This document shows positions 14,382 through 27,765 of a stretch of 64,000 nucleotides of DNA, in pieces (the first letter of the stretch is position 1; every line of letters starts with the position of its first letter). The stretch is from Lingula anatina. Its lineage: Eukaryota > Animalia > Brachiopoda. The stretch covers positions 11,532,001 through 11,596,000 of the forward strand of contig CM120645.1 in assembly GCA_051362555.1 (NCBI GenBank), read 5' to 3'. The notes below the pieces were generated by a model. That model made no database searches and was not told the origin of the DNA. It saw nothing but the letters and a program-made list of their open reading frames with translations. The position numbers were made by a program, and so were the translations under genes.

Positions 14382-14634
14382 TAAGTCTCAAAGTACTGTT
14401 TGGAGATATGTTATTAGGCAATCTTTTTTGATCTGGCTTATAATGGCTTCTTCCCCTTTCTTCTCATTTGAACCAGAGCCATCTCCATATTTCATACATA
14501 AAGTTCAATACTGAATTAACTCCACTGTCTCACCAGTTGTGTAACTATTTATTGTTTTATAGACTGTAATTTTAAAGTGGATATTAGCTTGTATGATGTC
14601 ACAAATGACAATTAATTTTTTTTTTAATCTCCAG

Positions 14635-14692
14635 GACAAAATATTTCCGTGGTAAGAAGATATTTGGAGACTGGGACGTGAGAGTAGAACAG
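14635..14692 (+). CDS. Syn: Synapsin exon 2
   Basis: ttaatctccag|G ACA AAA TAT TTC CGT...GAA CAG|gtgag; (W)TKYFRGKKIFGDWDVRVEQ; 58 nt, phase 2 to 0. Confidence 0.95.
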
Positions 14693-15005
14693 GTGAGTTG
14701 AACATGCAATTAAAATTGTTGGAACATTAAATTATTGCTGAGGAATCAAACAATATGGATTATGTAATCTTTTCAGTAGAAGAAAAAACATTGATTTAAA
14801 CAAGTTCATAGAAGCACTCAAAAGTACTTTTAGCAGCTCTGATAGCTACAGTATATTGCAGACAGCAAATGATTTTTTTTTTGTGCAGTTATATTCACTG
14901 ACTGCAATAACCTTATTAAATAAAAAGTAAAGAAAAAATAGCATTTGGTCATGTATTCAAATTGTGTACATTATTGTTTTTATTTATTTATTTATTTATT
15001 TTCAG

Positions 15006-15097
15006 GCTGAATTTTCTGAGATCAATCTTGCCTCCTATTCAGATGCAGGCACTATGGTCGATATGAGGGTGACGAGGAATGGAACAAGAGTAGTTAG
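15006..15097 (+). CDS. Syn: Synapsin exon 3
   Basis: ttttcag|AEFSEINLASYSDAGTMVDMRVTRNGTRVV(R)|gttag; 92 nt. Confidence 0.95.
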
Positions 15098-15138
15098 GTT
15101 AGTTGATGGACACCAAACTCTAAATGCACTTGTGCTGA

Positions 15139-15928
15139 TTTTCATACCACACTGAGATAGTGGTGCCTATGGTAACTTTCATCCCACACTGAGTTAGTGG
15201 TGCCTATGGTAACTTTCATCCCACACTGAGATAGTGGTGCCTATGGTAACTTTCATCCCACACTGAGTTAGTGGTGCCTGTGGTAGCTTTCATCCCACAC
15301 TGAGTTAGTGGTGCCTATGGTAACTTTCATACCACACTGAGTTAGTGGTTCCTATGGTAACTTTCATCCCACACTGAGTTAGTGGTGCCTGTGGTAGCTT
15401 TCATCCCACACTGAGTTAGTGGTGCCTATGGTAACTTTCATCCCACACTGAGTTAGTGGTTCCTATGGTAACTTTCATCCCACACTGAGTTAGTGGTTCC
15501 TATGGTAACTTTCATCCCACACTGAGTTAGTGGTGCCTGTGGTAGCTTTCATCCCACACTGAGTTAGTGGTGCCTGTGGTAGCTTTCATCCCACACTGAG
15601 TTAGTGGTGCCTATGGTAACTTTCATCCCACACTGAGTTAGTGGTTCCTATGGTAACTTTCATCCCACACTGAGTTAGTGGTTCCTATGGTAACTTTCAT
15701 CCCACACTGAGTTAGTGGTTCCTATGGTAACTTTCATACCACACTGAGTTAGTGGTTCCTATGGTAACTTTCATACCACACTGAGTTAGTATTGCCTATG
15801 GTAACTTTCATACCACACTGAGTTAGTGGTGCCTATCGTAACATTAATACATCACTGAGTTAGTGGTTCCTATGGTAATTTTCATACCAACCTGAGTTAA
15901 TTAGCGGTTCCTATGGTAATTTTCATAC
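15139..15928. repeat. 37-bp minisatellite, about 21 copies, filling most of synapsin intron 3
   Basis: Unit actttcatcccacactgagttagtggtgcctatggta, head-to-tail with no spacers; variants tgcc/ttcc and tatggtaa/tgtggtag. Confidence 0.95.
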
Positions 15929-16053
15929 TTTCAGTTTCATAATATACCATGTATGTATAACAGCAAACTTAATAATATATTAGATTATACACCACTGATC
16001 AAGTTGGACAAAAGAATTTCAGACGTTTATTTATTTGGAACTCTTTACTCTAG

Positions 16054-16204
16054 GTCTTTCAAACCAGACTTTGTATTAATACGACAGCATGTTCGTGATG
16101 CTAATGAAGACTGGAGAAACCTGATTATAGGTCTTCACTACGGTGGGATTCCCAGTGTCAACTCTCTACACTCACTGTACAACTTCCTAGACAAGCCATG
16201 GGTG
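16054..16204 (+). CDS. Syn: Synapsin exon 4
   Basis: ctctag|(R)[50 protein letters not shown]|gtgag; 151 nt. Confidence 0.96.
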
Positions 16205-16519
16205 GTGAGATATATATAGTGATATACAATTGAAATATATAAAAATTGAATTTTTAGTGGGAAATTACAGTAATTGTAATAAGTAATTAACTGCATTTTT
16301 ATAGAGAGTTATGTTGGCAATATTATATCTAGATTCATATTTTGCTCTTCAGGTTTTTCTTTTTTTAATTAAAGATCAACTTTTCAGTCAAGTCATCTTG
16401 AAACTTAAGTTATCTTGATAGATTGGAATGATTTTGATATTTGCTGCTTGAGATTAAGATGCATGACTATTTTGCATATTAACCTGATATTTAAGTCCAA
16501 TTTCAACAACATATTTCAG

Positions 16520-16609
16520 TTTGCCCAACTCATCCAGTTGCAACGTCGCATTGGCAAAGAACGTTTCCCTCTGATTGACCAAGCATACTACCCGAACCAC
16601 CGGGAAATG
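16520..16609 (+). CDS. Syn: Synapsin exon 5 (alternative donor extends to 16624)
   Basis: atttcag|FAQLIQLQRRIGKERFPLIDQAYYPNHREM|gtgagt; 90 nt. A second gtgagt donor lies 15 nt downstream. Confidence 0.95.
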
Positions 16610-19121
16610 GTGAGTAACCTTTGGGTGAGTTTTCCTTTCCTCTTTCTTTAGTTGTTTGTGTTGTCAGCCCACTCGAAGCCATCTTGTCCAAGTTGTTGGT
16701 TTTTTGACCCATGAATTATCAACCCTCATTAGAAATTTTAAGTCCTATTTTTTCTTGGCAGTTTACACTTTAAGTGGCCCCAGACCCCTGGTTGTAAAGT
16801 CTGACATTTTTATACACCCCAAAATCATGTCTAAGTCGAAATGCCCTGTCAGATTACAAATATTAACATCATCTTATCATGCAGGACATTTGAGCTGTTC
16901 TACAAGTTCTCTCTGTATGTATTGAACAGTCCATTCATATTGATTACACATAATTACAACTTTCATACCCATCAGTTGGTTGGATTGGACGACATACAGT
17001 TATATCTTCCACAAGATGGAAGTCATCAGGCAGGCACTTATGCCAGTAGTAATTTTTATTAAATGACAAGAAACATGTTGAAACAAATTTGGATAAATAT
17101 AATTATTTGATGGGACTGCATGAAAAGAAATTCAGTGACACTAGGGATGCAGTATAAAAATTAGTTTTAGAAACTTCCATCCTTATGCTACAGGATACCT
17201 TTGTGTTGGCTATTCATATGGTGTGTCATATTGAAAGGGAGAATTTGAAACAGTTTCTGTAGTATCAGTGAGGCATTTCCATGTAGTATTGAAAATTGGC
17301 ATGCAGCTTACATATCAGCATGCTCAATTAATACACCATTAGTAAATCCCATGGGAATGTATTGCTTTTAAAGAACCATCTGCTGGAAAAGAAAACATAA
17401 AAAGAAAAGTCAAATCTCTTTCCTGTGTTACAGTCATATTTAAGAGGAACATTAAGCAAAGCAGTAAATGGAATAGCCCCATGATTCAGCACCAGCTCAT
17501 CACATAATTCGCCTTCATTTCATTCAATTATCAAGAAATATTATGGGCTCCGTCAGTGCAATTGAAATATTTAGTGAGGACGCTCATCACATTCTCTCCA
17601 AATTGATTTTAAATCATGCTCTTATTTGCAACATACAATTTCACTTATGGCCTTACAGGCAAAGATATTGACCTTGGTAAAATAAAAATGGTATTTTCTC
17701 CAGTTTCTGTTGTGCATGTATGTCTTTTTGAATTAACCAAGAATTCTACAGGTACATTCCTTGGGGGACTTTGTACAGTAGAAACTTATATTTCTGTAGT
17801 TCCTGATACAAGGAGACAATTTGTCAAGTCAGAAACAAGAAAATATTGAGGTTCTTAATTATTTGAATTAATTATTTAATCACAGAACATTTGCCTGAGT
17901 CCTGCAGGCTTGCAGCCAAACTTGATTTTTACTACTTGAGGTGCTAAAATAATATAATAATCATCATGAGAAATATGTAATTCATGATAGATATACAGCT
18001 TTTAAAGCTTCTGTTACCTTGCTTATGTTTGAAAAAATTAATTTTCAAATTGTATGTTATAATTCCTGGACAGTGGGTTTCTTTCTAGGATTTGTAAACA
18101 TTAACTGATAAATTCAAAAGAAAAATCCATCTCAGCATGCAGTGCAAATTACAGGAGAACAATGGCAAAGAAACTTTTAGTTCTCTGAATAGTTGAATAA
18201 ATGAAGATAAAAAAAGGTATTCTGGTCGATGACTGTTATGTTCCTAGCAATTTCTTTTCCTGTTTCCCAAGAGAAATCTTAGTTATAGGTTCTGTTATGC
18301 TGAGATGGGGTGTAATCAATATTGCTATAGTACTACACCCAGCAAATACTATATAGCATTGATTTTAGACAGCTACAGATATGATGAAAAAATCAGATGT
18401 GCTTGCTTAAAATGAATACCATGTTCAAATAAAAGATCGACCTTCAGTAACTAGTGCCTTTCTTTACACTTTTTGAACATCAGAATTCCCCAAGTCCAAT
18501 ATCAGAATAAGAGAAGGCCCAAATATCAAAATCATTATGTTTATTGTCTAAAATGTTATATCCACAACTATTGTCCTCCAATGTCAATTCATCCTTTTCT
18601 TGAAAACGGTTTTCCAACTTATTGCTAAGATTTTTTTTCATTATTTGGAGAAGGTGGCTATTGCAGTGGAGACAGTCTCTCTGTGGTTTATGTTGTGTGA
18701 ATGTGCTGTCTTGAGAATTTATAATTTTTTTTTACTTGAATTTTGTGGTTTCTTTTCTGAATCACTATTCTTTTAGCCAGTGATTCTGAAAATGTTGACA
18801 TTTATTAGGTGAGGAACAAGAATGCTTATCAAGGTATGAACATAGGAGACCTTTATTCCCATTGTCTTTGAAAGGTTAAAATTATTGAAAGGTGGTCTGA
18901 TGGCACTATTTTTTCCAGCATCCAATATCCAGGCATTTGTTAGAGCAGACCTTTAGACCCTTTTCACCTTGATTGGTAGTTCAGTTTTAACAAGGGTAGG
19001 GGTGGTGATGGTTCCTTGTACAACGCAATGTATAGTAACAGTACCTATCGAAATTTATTCTGTGAATCAACTCAGTCAAGTTAAAGGGCTTCCCTCAGTC
19101 GACTCTTTTACGAGATAAACA

Positions 19122-19224
19122 AGCCACATTAAGTTCCTAGTCTGCTTAACTGAAGTGGAACAGAAAAACTGTAGCCACATTAAGTTCCTAGTCTGCTTAA
19201 CTGGAGTGGAACAGAAAAACTGTA
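19122..19224. repeat. 51-bp tandem duplication
   Basis: agccacattaagttcctagtctgcttaactg(a/g)agtggaacagaaaaactgt twice (starts 19122 and 19173). Confidence 0.9.
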
Positions 19225-22068
19225 CCGCTTCTTGTGAAAAGGGTCTTAGCTAGACAGCACATTCATATGTGTAGCTTTATGTGTGAGTTCAGTTGCAGGA
19301 CTTAATAACATGATGTGTTTGTCATGAAGCAAATAATGCAAATGCAGGAAATTCTGGCGACAATTTATTGATACAAAGTTAGGCCTTGTGGTTAGTAAAT
19401 ATTGCTTCTATGAAGTTTCATGTAAAACATATATAAACCACAGATCTCTGTTTGCAAATCACATCAGCCAAAAAACATTCAGTTTATGTGATCAGATGAT
19501 AAAAATTATATTCCTTTGTCCCAAATGGACCAATTAAATTAAATTTTATTTTGATAAGTGCTTCTTATGCTGGTTTTATTAAGCTGAAAAATAACAAAAT
19601 TTTTGCCTTTGTTTATCAAAATTTGTCTGTTACCAGTGCTTTATAAAACTGACATATAAGAACCATATGGCAGTTTTATAGAAGTCTTGCTTCATGACAC
19701 ATATATTTTAAATAGACACATTTTTCTCTATTTTCTTCATCTTGTTTGTATTCTTTTCCTGGTACAATCTGGTACCATTTTCCCCTTCCAAGTTGCTGTA
19801 GATAGACACACCGGAGAGGTAATGTTTATTTTATACTAATCATTATAACAAGTTTTGATGACTTTGATCTTATTAAATGGGAATATCTATTTCAGGTGAC
19901 TTTTATGACTGTGTTGTTATCTTTTAAATAGCACCAGTCGCACAATGTACTAAGAAAATAAAAGTTTACCAAGGATGCAAAGAATATACAGTTTTTGCTG
20001 AGTGCTGCTAAGCATGCTGCTTTTTTTTTATTTTTTGAGAAAATGGAGCAAGCATTGATAGCTCTTTTACAACATGACTGTTTGCAATGATGCTCGACTA
20101 CGAGAACCTTAATGAATCATTAACTGCACATAGAATGTCATTATTAACTGATTTTTTCTGCCTCGAAATTGGATTATTACAACATACTTTCTGTTATCAT
20201 GCACAAATGCCTAAAATCTAGACAAAATGACACGGCACATGCAATATGATATTTAATAGAAATCACTAGCAGGTTCCTGGAATTAAATCAAGTATCTATA
20301 ATTGAATGGTGCAAACCAACAGTATTATCTGGTAATTGATCATTTTACACTGTATACTGACTGCTAATATACAGGGTTCATTTGCCCTGAATTGTGCTCT
20401 GGGCTTGAAAAAAGTTACACTGTGACAATGATTTAGCCGCAAATGTAGGTGTACATAGGGCAAATGCACTGCAAGTCAATAGGCAGCATATCATATTGTG
20501 AAACAAAACTCTTTGAAATGTCCAGAAGTTTGAAAGAAAATGTGTATGTGAGCAGTATGTAATCAGAAGAAGACATGTAAAATGCAACACTATCCGTCAA
20601 ATTTGTGCCAGTGTAAACAGGCCCCACTCTCATTCACAGAATCCATCTCATAACTTTCCCATATTTCACTCAAACTTTCATCGCAATTTATGTATAATTT
20701 CCTGATATACGTCAAACAACCCAAGCGTTTATCAGTTTTGATTCTGGTAAAGTAGAGTTTGATGATGCTGTATATGTATTTATAGCACCACTAGAAAAAA
20801 AATTAGAAGATTAGGGTATTGATTTGGATTCAGACCATAACCCATTAGATGGCATATCTAAATGTGTTATGGTGTAATGTCTGGGTGAGATATTTTTGTA
20901 CCAAAATAAAAAAATCATTGGGCCCATTCACACTAATTCTGAAGCTATGATGTAGCAATCAGCTGATATTGAAACCGTATCCGATCCAGTGTGAGTGACA
21001 TCACCATGCATGCAGTCAGCGAGAGTGATCTGGCAGTCGTTATCATATAAATGTGCCCACTTCTGCCCAGCTTCAGTCCTTGTAACCAGGGATGGTCTTC
21101 TCAATCTGCATACAAACTAGTCATTAATGACTTTTTGATATATAATTGTAGTTTCAGGGTCGTATTAGAAAGGACTTGATTAGCAGTGTTTAAGCTCCCT
21201 TCCTAATTGGAAATTTTATAAAATACAACTTTATTATTTTGTACTACTCTATTTTGACTACCAGTGGTGATAGGGGCTGATTTTAAAACATTTAAATGTC
21301 TCAGTGCAGGCTGACTTTTTCTGGACCAATCGTTTGTGAAATGGTCTTAGGCTGTTACATGTACTGTTGGCCATGTATGTTAAGCTGTCTGGGCCAAGAT
21401 CCTAAGACTAATGTCAATTCATAAGACAGGCATTTTTAAAATTTGAAATTGATGTAACATTCCGTGTCCCATTATAGAAACAGTTGTGATGTCTGGGATA
21501 CCTATAAAATGTTGTTTCTAGCACTTTTGCTTTTTTAAAGGCTTAATTTAGTATAAGATTTTGTTTTTTATGAAATAGACTTTAAAGCAGGATTTCCTGA
21601 GATTTTCCAAGAGCTTACTGATGTTTTTTTTTTTTTTTTTTTTTTTCATCATGGAAGTTGGGTTTGAAAATCAATACTCATAGATTTCACCACTAACTGC
21701 TGAGGCATATTGCCCTTTTTGAGGAGTAAGTGTTTTTCACAGATTCTTAATCAACTCTAAGTGTCTTTTCTGGGAGCATCTTACCGATACTAGTATTTCG
21801 TTTAGAGCTCTATTGATTTACCGTTGGAAGGGGCAAATTTGATCTTAATGTGGTTTCATTTTTCCAGGAAAAAAATTGGTATTCAACTAGTTATTTACTA
21901 AATTATATAAATTCTACTCAAAGATATATCCACATTGCTTAGAGTTGGAAGGTCTTATCATTTTGTAATCAAACTAAATAAAAGATAAAACATCACTACA
22001 TTAAAGTTTTCTATTATATTTGTATTGTTACTATCAAAAGACAGACGAATTTCCAGTTTTCAAGCAGT

Positions 22069-22074
22069 TTTATT
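22069..22074 (-). terminator. Candidate TIMP polyadenylation signal
   Basis: AATAAA on the - strand, with TGTA about 35 nt upstream and a GT/T-rich stretch (tcgtctgtctttt) downstream. Implies a 3' UTR of about 1.7 kb. Confidence 0.45.
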
Positions 22075-23731
22075 TATAGAAAAATAGTGAAATAGTGTTA
22101 AATTATGTACACAGTCATACTTATCATGCCATTTATCACACCCTCTTTCTAGACACTTTCAAGATATTTATAAACCTCATTTACTCTTAACACACAATGC
22201 AAAAAAGTAAACCATTTTTAGTCATGTTGACATAACAATAAATGATAAGTGCACAGGAAATGGTGGCACTGCAAAGCAGAAACACTGGCAATATTCTGAT
22301 TTTAGTTTCAGATGAAGAGTTGAGATATATTTGTTTCTGATAAATTTGTTTTTTAAACTTATTTAATCTGTTGGAAATATTTGAAATATTTTCAGTACCG
22401 TCATTTAATCAAAATTGCCCTTTTGTGATTTGTTTTAAATATGTACATTGCTGACGGTAAGATAATGTTCAATTTCTATGTAATAATTATAATTATAAAT
22501 AGGTACATTATAATAAACTGAATGTTTTTATATTTATGTGTGCTTTAACTGAAATATATAGAAAAGATTGTCAGGATCAGAGATGTGCATTCACACCAGA
22601 AATATTTTCCTGTATCTCTCATAAATTTATAGACCTCTTCATTAGTCATACTGATAACCTTTCATCACATCACTTGCAATCGAGCAATCTCAAAATTAAA
22701 ACAATACTTTTTGTACAACTACAAGTATATGACTCCTTTACAGACATAAGCAATTTTACAGTCATTGGCTGCTGTTTCTTTAATTACCTCAAAAAAATTT
22801 GGTTGTTTTGGGCACCAAAGAACAGACATTGTTGTAAATGTGCACCCTGTCACTTACAGAGACAAATATAGTCATATACTCTATGTACACAAAGACGACA
22901 CTGAACAATGCCTTAAAGCAGTGTCAAGAACATATCAAATATAAAATCTTCTCTACGTGTTTACTTCAGGAAGTAAACTCTTAATTGCAATCCATCACCT
23001 GTACTCCCACAAACATGTAATTGTAATCACTGCCAAAATGAAGAAAATCTAAAGGATTGTGAAGTAGGAAGCTGGGGCATTGCAATCAAGCCTCTAATTC
23101 TTGAAGCGAGAAATTAAAACTATTTTTGAGATAATTCTTCTAAACACCACACTTAAAATGCGGTTAATCCTCTAAACAGTTTCTGCTTCAAGCACTTCTG
23201 AATGTATTAAATAATGCATGACTGCATGCTGTAATCCGTATATACATGCACAGCCATCACATGTGCTGGTCCAATTGATTATGGTTATAATACGTTCTGC
23301 ACATCCATTTGTGCCAGTATTTACATGATGGAGGCAGGACAGTCAAAGATCAATTTTCTTTGCCTTAAAGTTACTATTCCCAAACCACAGCTGTCTTCAG
23401 GACATCACTTGAAGTACATTCAAAGGGCCTTCGCTATTGTCTCTGGTTGTCCTAGCTTTCTCCCAGTATGTTTGCACAAAAATGTGGTGTCTCTTTGTTG
23501 GTTTAAGAAAACTGGCATCAAAATAATTTTATTTCTCTGTACATTAATATCTTTTTTCAGTTTTGAAAAATAAAGATCTGCCTTCTTTAAAATACAATGT
23601 ATCTACCAGTTGTATTTTCTGATGCTCGCTTTGCTTGTTTCTACGTCAGATGTTGTTTTCCACTGATCATATCTACGTGATAAGATCATTTTGCTGCCGC
23701 CATCTTGGTTATGTTCCCACAATATCAGTTT

Positions 23732-23938
23732 TTATGGTTCCTGTCGTGCTCTCTTCCTGTTCTTCTCTTTACATTCCTTCAGTAGTTTGCCAGAGCTCCA
23801 TTTGCAGTTGCCGTCTGCTCTCTGCTCACAGACAGAGCTGGTTGCATAGCAACTGTTGTGGCTGTCATGCCAACGCCAAACACAGGTGGAGTTATCAGAT
23901 GGACATACTCCATCTCCACGGCGTATACATGTCTCAAC
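23732..23938 (-). CDS. Timp: TIMP exon 5 (C-terminal domain, stop)
   Basis: tttctgtag|VETCIRRGDGVCPSDNSTCVWRWHDSHNSCYATSSVCEQRADGNCKWSSGKLLKECKEKNRKRARQEP*; 207 nt. Confidence 0.93.
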   Translation of the reverse strand, partial: VETCIRRGDGVCPSDNSTCVWRWHDSHNSCYATSSVCEQRADGNCKWSSGKLLKECKEKNRKRARQEP

Positions 23939-24296
23939 CTACAGAAAAACATAATAATCCACAAGTTAAAGATTGATTTCTATGCAGTCTTAAAAAGTTA
24001 AAGTGGAATGCTTTGAAACATGTAATATGGTACCACAAAAAATTAAGAGTTTAACAAGGAATAAGTACAGTTGAGCTCAGAAAGAATGGGACGTTACCAA
24101 AACTAACACTTCTTAACCACTTAACTGGTTAATTTTTATAATGCTGCCCCGCTTTTATGAATGGATTGTGTTACTTGAACATACTGCATTTTTGCACAAT
24201 CACTGTGTTATCAACAGACAATAGTTTGGTAATTCATTATGCCTGATATCACAATATTGTGTACAGGAATGGATTGTAAATGCAGATCTCTATTAC

Positions 24297-24418
24297 CTTG
24301 CACTGGCAGTTCTTTTTGTAAAGATGGCTGACTCCTTTCCTCTGCTTTTGTGGGATTCGTGTCCACTCGCCCACCCAACCACAAACACTGATGTGTGCAC
24401 GGCCGTCGTGCATGTATC
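24297..24418 (-). CDS. Timp: TIMP exon 4
   Basis: ctctcacag|(G)YMHDGRAHISVCGWVGEWTRIPQKQRKGVSHLYKKNCQCK|gtaata; 122 nt. Confidence 0.94.
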
Positions 24419-25005
24419 CTGTGAGAGAATGAAATGTACATAGTTATTTGAAAGATTTGGTTGATATTTACTTGTTTATTTTCTTTTCATTATTATTATT
24501 GTAATTGTTACAAAATTCAGGATTTAAGAGAAAGAGAGAGAGAATTGTCTGAAACTAAAATATTCTAAAATACCATATCGTTGATGACAGAAAACCAAGC
24601 AATGTTTTCAATGCACTTCTCATTACATCTTCAGTTCATCTGATATTTCCTGTTGTTGTCAGCTAGGCTGGCACATAATTCAATGCAAGAACCTCAAGTG
24701 TATTGTTCAGAGGTGGTTACGTAGTTACCCAATCACATAAATGATGCAAGAAACTGGTTGTGATGCTGATACTTTGAGCTGTAGTCTGAACCAAGATTGC
24801 CACAAAGTTGTGGGTTTATTTGCCACTGCTTGATGTCACTGTCCTGATTATCTAACTAGCTTCTTGCTGTCATTGCTACAGTTGAGAATGCAAAGGGGGA
24901 ACACAGTGGAGAAGCTTATGGCATTAGTTGAGATCACCTGACACAATGGAGGAGACTGGTAGGAGGAAAGTGAGGGGGAAGAGCCATCCACCTGTACTCA
25001 CTCAC

Positions 25006-25117
25006 CTGTTAGGAGATACTTGGTATTGTTTTCAAGGTGCACGCCACACATGGCATCACTGGGATTGGTGTAGATCTTGTTTTTGTGGAGGGTGGCATTC
25101 TTAAACTTGTCATTTTG
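25006..25117 (-). CDS. Timp: TIMP exon 3
   Basis: ttattttag|QNDKFKNATLHKNKIYTNPSDAMCGVHLENNTKYLLT(G)|gtgagt; 112 nt. Confidence 0.94.
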
Positions 25118-25318
25118 CTAAAATAAAGGAAAAATAGACTCCTTTTTAACAAACATAGTGAGTAGATGGGAAAATTTGACTGTCTCCATATATCATTTAT
25201 ATATCTACTTGAGCCAGAACAAGTTAATTTGAGTAAATTTAAAACCAATGTAAATGTAATTAAGAGTATATTTCAAATAACAAAGTAAATTAAAACTAGA
25301 TGGCTAAGCTCATTTTAC

Positions 25319-25449
25319 CTTGAAAATTCTATTTATCCGAATATGGTACACTTTCTGGTATGCCCGTCTCCATGTAACATTCTTGCCGTTCTCCATGATG
25401 ATTGATTTTCTGTACAGGATTTCACTCCCCTTCACCTTGGCTCTCATTA
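25319..25449 (-). CDS. Timp: TIMP exon 2
   Basis: tttccag|(V)MRAKVKGSEILYRKSIIMENGKNVTWRRAYQKVYHIRINRIFK|gtaaa; VIRAK-like signature; 131 nt. Confidence 0.93.
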
Positions 25450-26892
25450 CTGGAAATAACATAATAGTAATAATATCTGTCCATTTAATTAAAATACAGG
25501 CATGTTTTCTGTGCAGCATTTTATTTAATTACTCTCAACTTGATAAGTAGCAAATAACTGCAAATAACATAATAAGGTATTATATCTGTCAATACAACAC
25601 TTATTAAATGAATACAGTCACTCCCTTATGTAGAGATTTCAGTCACATTCTAAATGGAGATGGAGATAAATGGAGATTATTTGATAAAATGAGTTATGAT
25701 TTTTCTCTCTTTGGTCAGAAACTTTTTTTCTTTCCCAGAAAATATTTCTAACAATTTTTCTAGTCTAAGATTTGCAGTTCTCATTATCCATCTACCGTTG
25801 ACCTTCAAACTATAGAAAAACTATACCTTGCATACTCATATGAATGCAAACATGTATGCTCATGCAAATGCACATATACCCTCACATGCATGCACTACCA
25901 CTAGGCTAAAATAAGCAAGGTGTGAGCTTTCATGTGAACCCTTCTCCTCTCAGCCAGTGTTTTTATTTTACAGTACTCATTCATGTTGCTAAAATCAAGA
26001 CTTGTGCTTAACATGGTCAGTAAAAAAAAAATCCCTTACAAAAAAAACACACACTTGCTGCAGCCTTCAGGGATGTTTAAAAGATAACTGATCAGACTAC
26101 AGGATAAAACAATAGTTTTAATGTATATCAAGTACATTGAAGAAGCGAGGAAAAAAAAGAGTGCTTACACTGAAAAAGAATTGCAGAGTATAAAGTTTCA
26201 ACTTTTCCAGCCCATCCTATTCACCCCCACCTTTCTGTACTCATTGCTCAGAGAATTTAGTGCCCAGTGTCTTGTCTCTGTAGTATAAGAACACTAATAT
26301 TTACTGTGAGATCCATTATGGGAGTGCTTGTACCACTTGAGAGATATCACGTGTGTGTATTGAAGGGGGTGTGGTCAGCTGGAAAGTTATTGCTCATTAT
26401 CTTTGTGTTTCTTTTAAACAAAGGGCTTTTTTGCTCCCTAATTGAGATATTTGCACTTGTTTTTTTGTAGAGATATTAGTACGAATTGTAGCTCCACCCT
26501 GCAGATTTTATGTGAATTAACAATTTAATGGAAGGCACTCAGTAAGGGCAAACTGACAGGTGACTTTTCTAAATTTAAAGTCAGGATCTCCCCGTTTTAA
26601 GTTTTAATATGTATGCATTTCTAGACAGGAGCATTATCCAAACTCAAAATGATAAAAAATCATTGAAAAAATGAAGTAATTTATAAATGAAAATAAATGA
26701 ATAATGAAAAAATATGTGAAGCTTTATTGGGAGGAGGGAGCAGACATACAGGGCAAAAGGTTATTTTTTTCTCTCCCACCCTCCTCGCTCTCCTTCTCTC
26801 TCACACACACACACACACACTCAAACACATACACATTAGGCACTGAGGGAGTTCATTAGAGGGGCAATCGGCTTTCTCTCTTCCTCCCTCTC

Positions 26893-26933
<41 letters not shown>

Positions 26934-27644
26934 CATGCGCTTACATACACATATACACATAGACACACATACACACACACGATACTAAATGTATCCAACT
27001 CATTGCCTTTTGAACTCCAACTTTGCACCGGTTGAACCCTGTAGTTTAGATCTTGGCATGTAGTTGTGTTTTGTTTAAGGTGTAACTGTGTTTCAACAGC
27101 TGGCATTCTGTACTGGGTCAAAAATGTGGTTATCAAAGATTCTTTACATCTAAGTAACATAAAGCTGGGCAGTGTGTTTTATCGTACATAGACACTGGTG
27201 AATTGAGCTTGTTTCATCATTTTTTATTGGCCTGGCATGAAGCTGTGTTCAGAATGGAGCCGTGTTCAGACAGGAGAACTTAAGACTGTAAATTAGTCCA
27301 ACTTTTGTCATTAGAACACCATATTATGAAACACCACTTTCCTTAAATAATACATGCACATGTAAAACCATGTATTACCATATCCATCTGATAAACATGC
27401 ACAGTATACCAGATTACATTAAAAAAAAGAGAAACAATATGCACTTCGTGATTTGGTCTTGTGGCTAGACTTATGGGCTGGAATTATCCATGTACTTGTA
27501 GCAATCTTCCCTTGATATGTCTGAACACTACATTATCATTTGGGTGGAGACCGTTTAAAACCTCTTCTGGTTTAATACAAAGTTAATGTTTTGTAGTTGT
27601 TATTGAGCAAAAACTGCTCCCTTTAAATTAAAATGGCATACCTG

Positions 27645-27765
<121 letters not shown>

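Noticed and set aside
15139-15928. 37-bp repeat array resembling a CRISPR array in unit length
   Set aside because: Units are head-to-tail with no unique spacers, there are no cas genes, and it sits in a eukaryotic intron; it is a minisatellite.
19793-19825. Plus-strand microexon candidate (..ag ATAGACACACCGGAGAG gtaatg) in synapsin intron 5; similar candidates at 18777-18808 and about 47639-47664
   Set aside because: Lengths of 17, 26, 28 and 32 nt are not multiples of 3 or contain stops, so they cannot be in-frame cassette exons in this phase-0 intron. A poison-exon role cannot be excluded without RNA data.
24715-24760. HHLCDWVTT stretch in TIMP intron 3 resembling an alternative exon 4
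   Set aside because: It is followed immediately by a stop, and no acceptor gives a phase-compatible open exon; the true exon 4 is 24418-24297.
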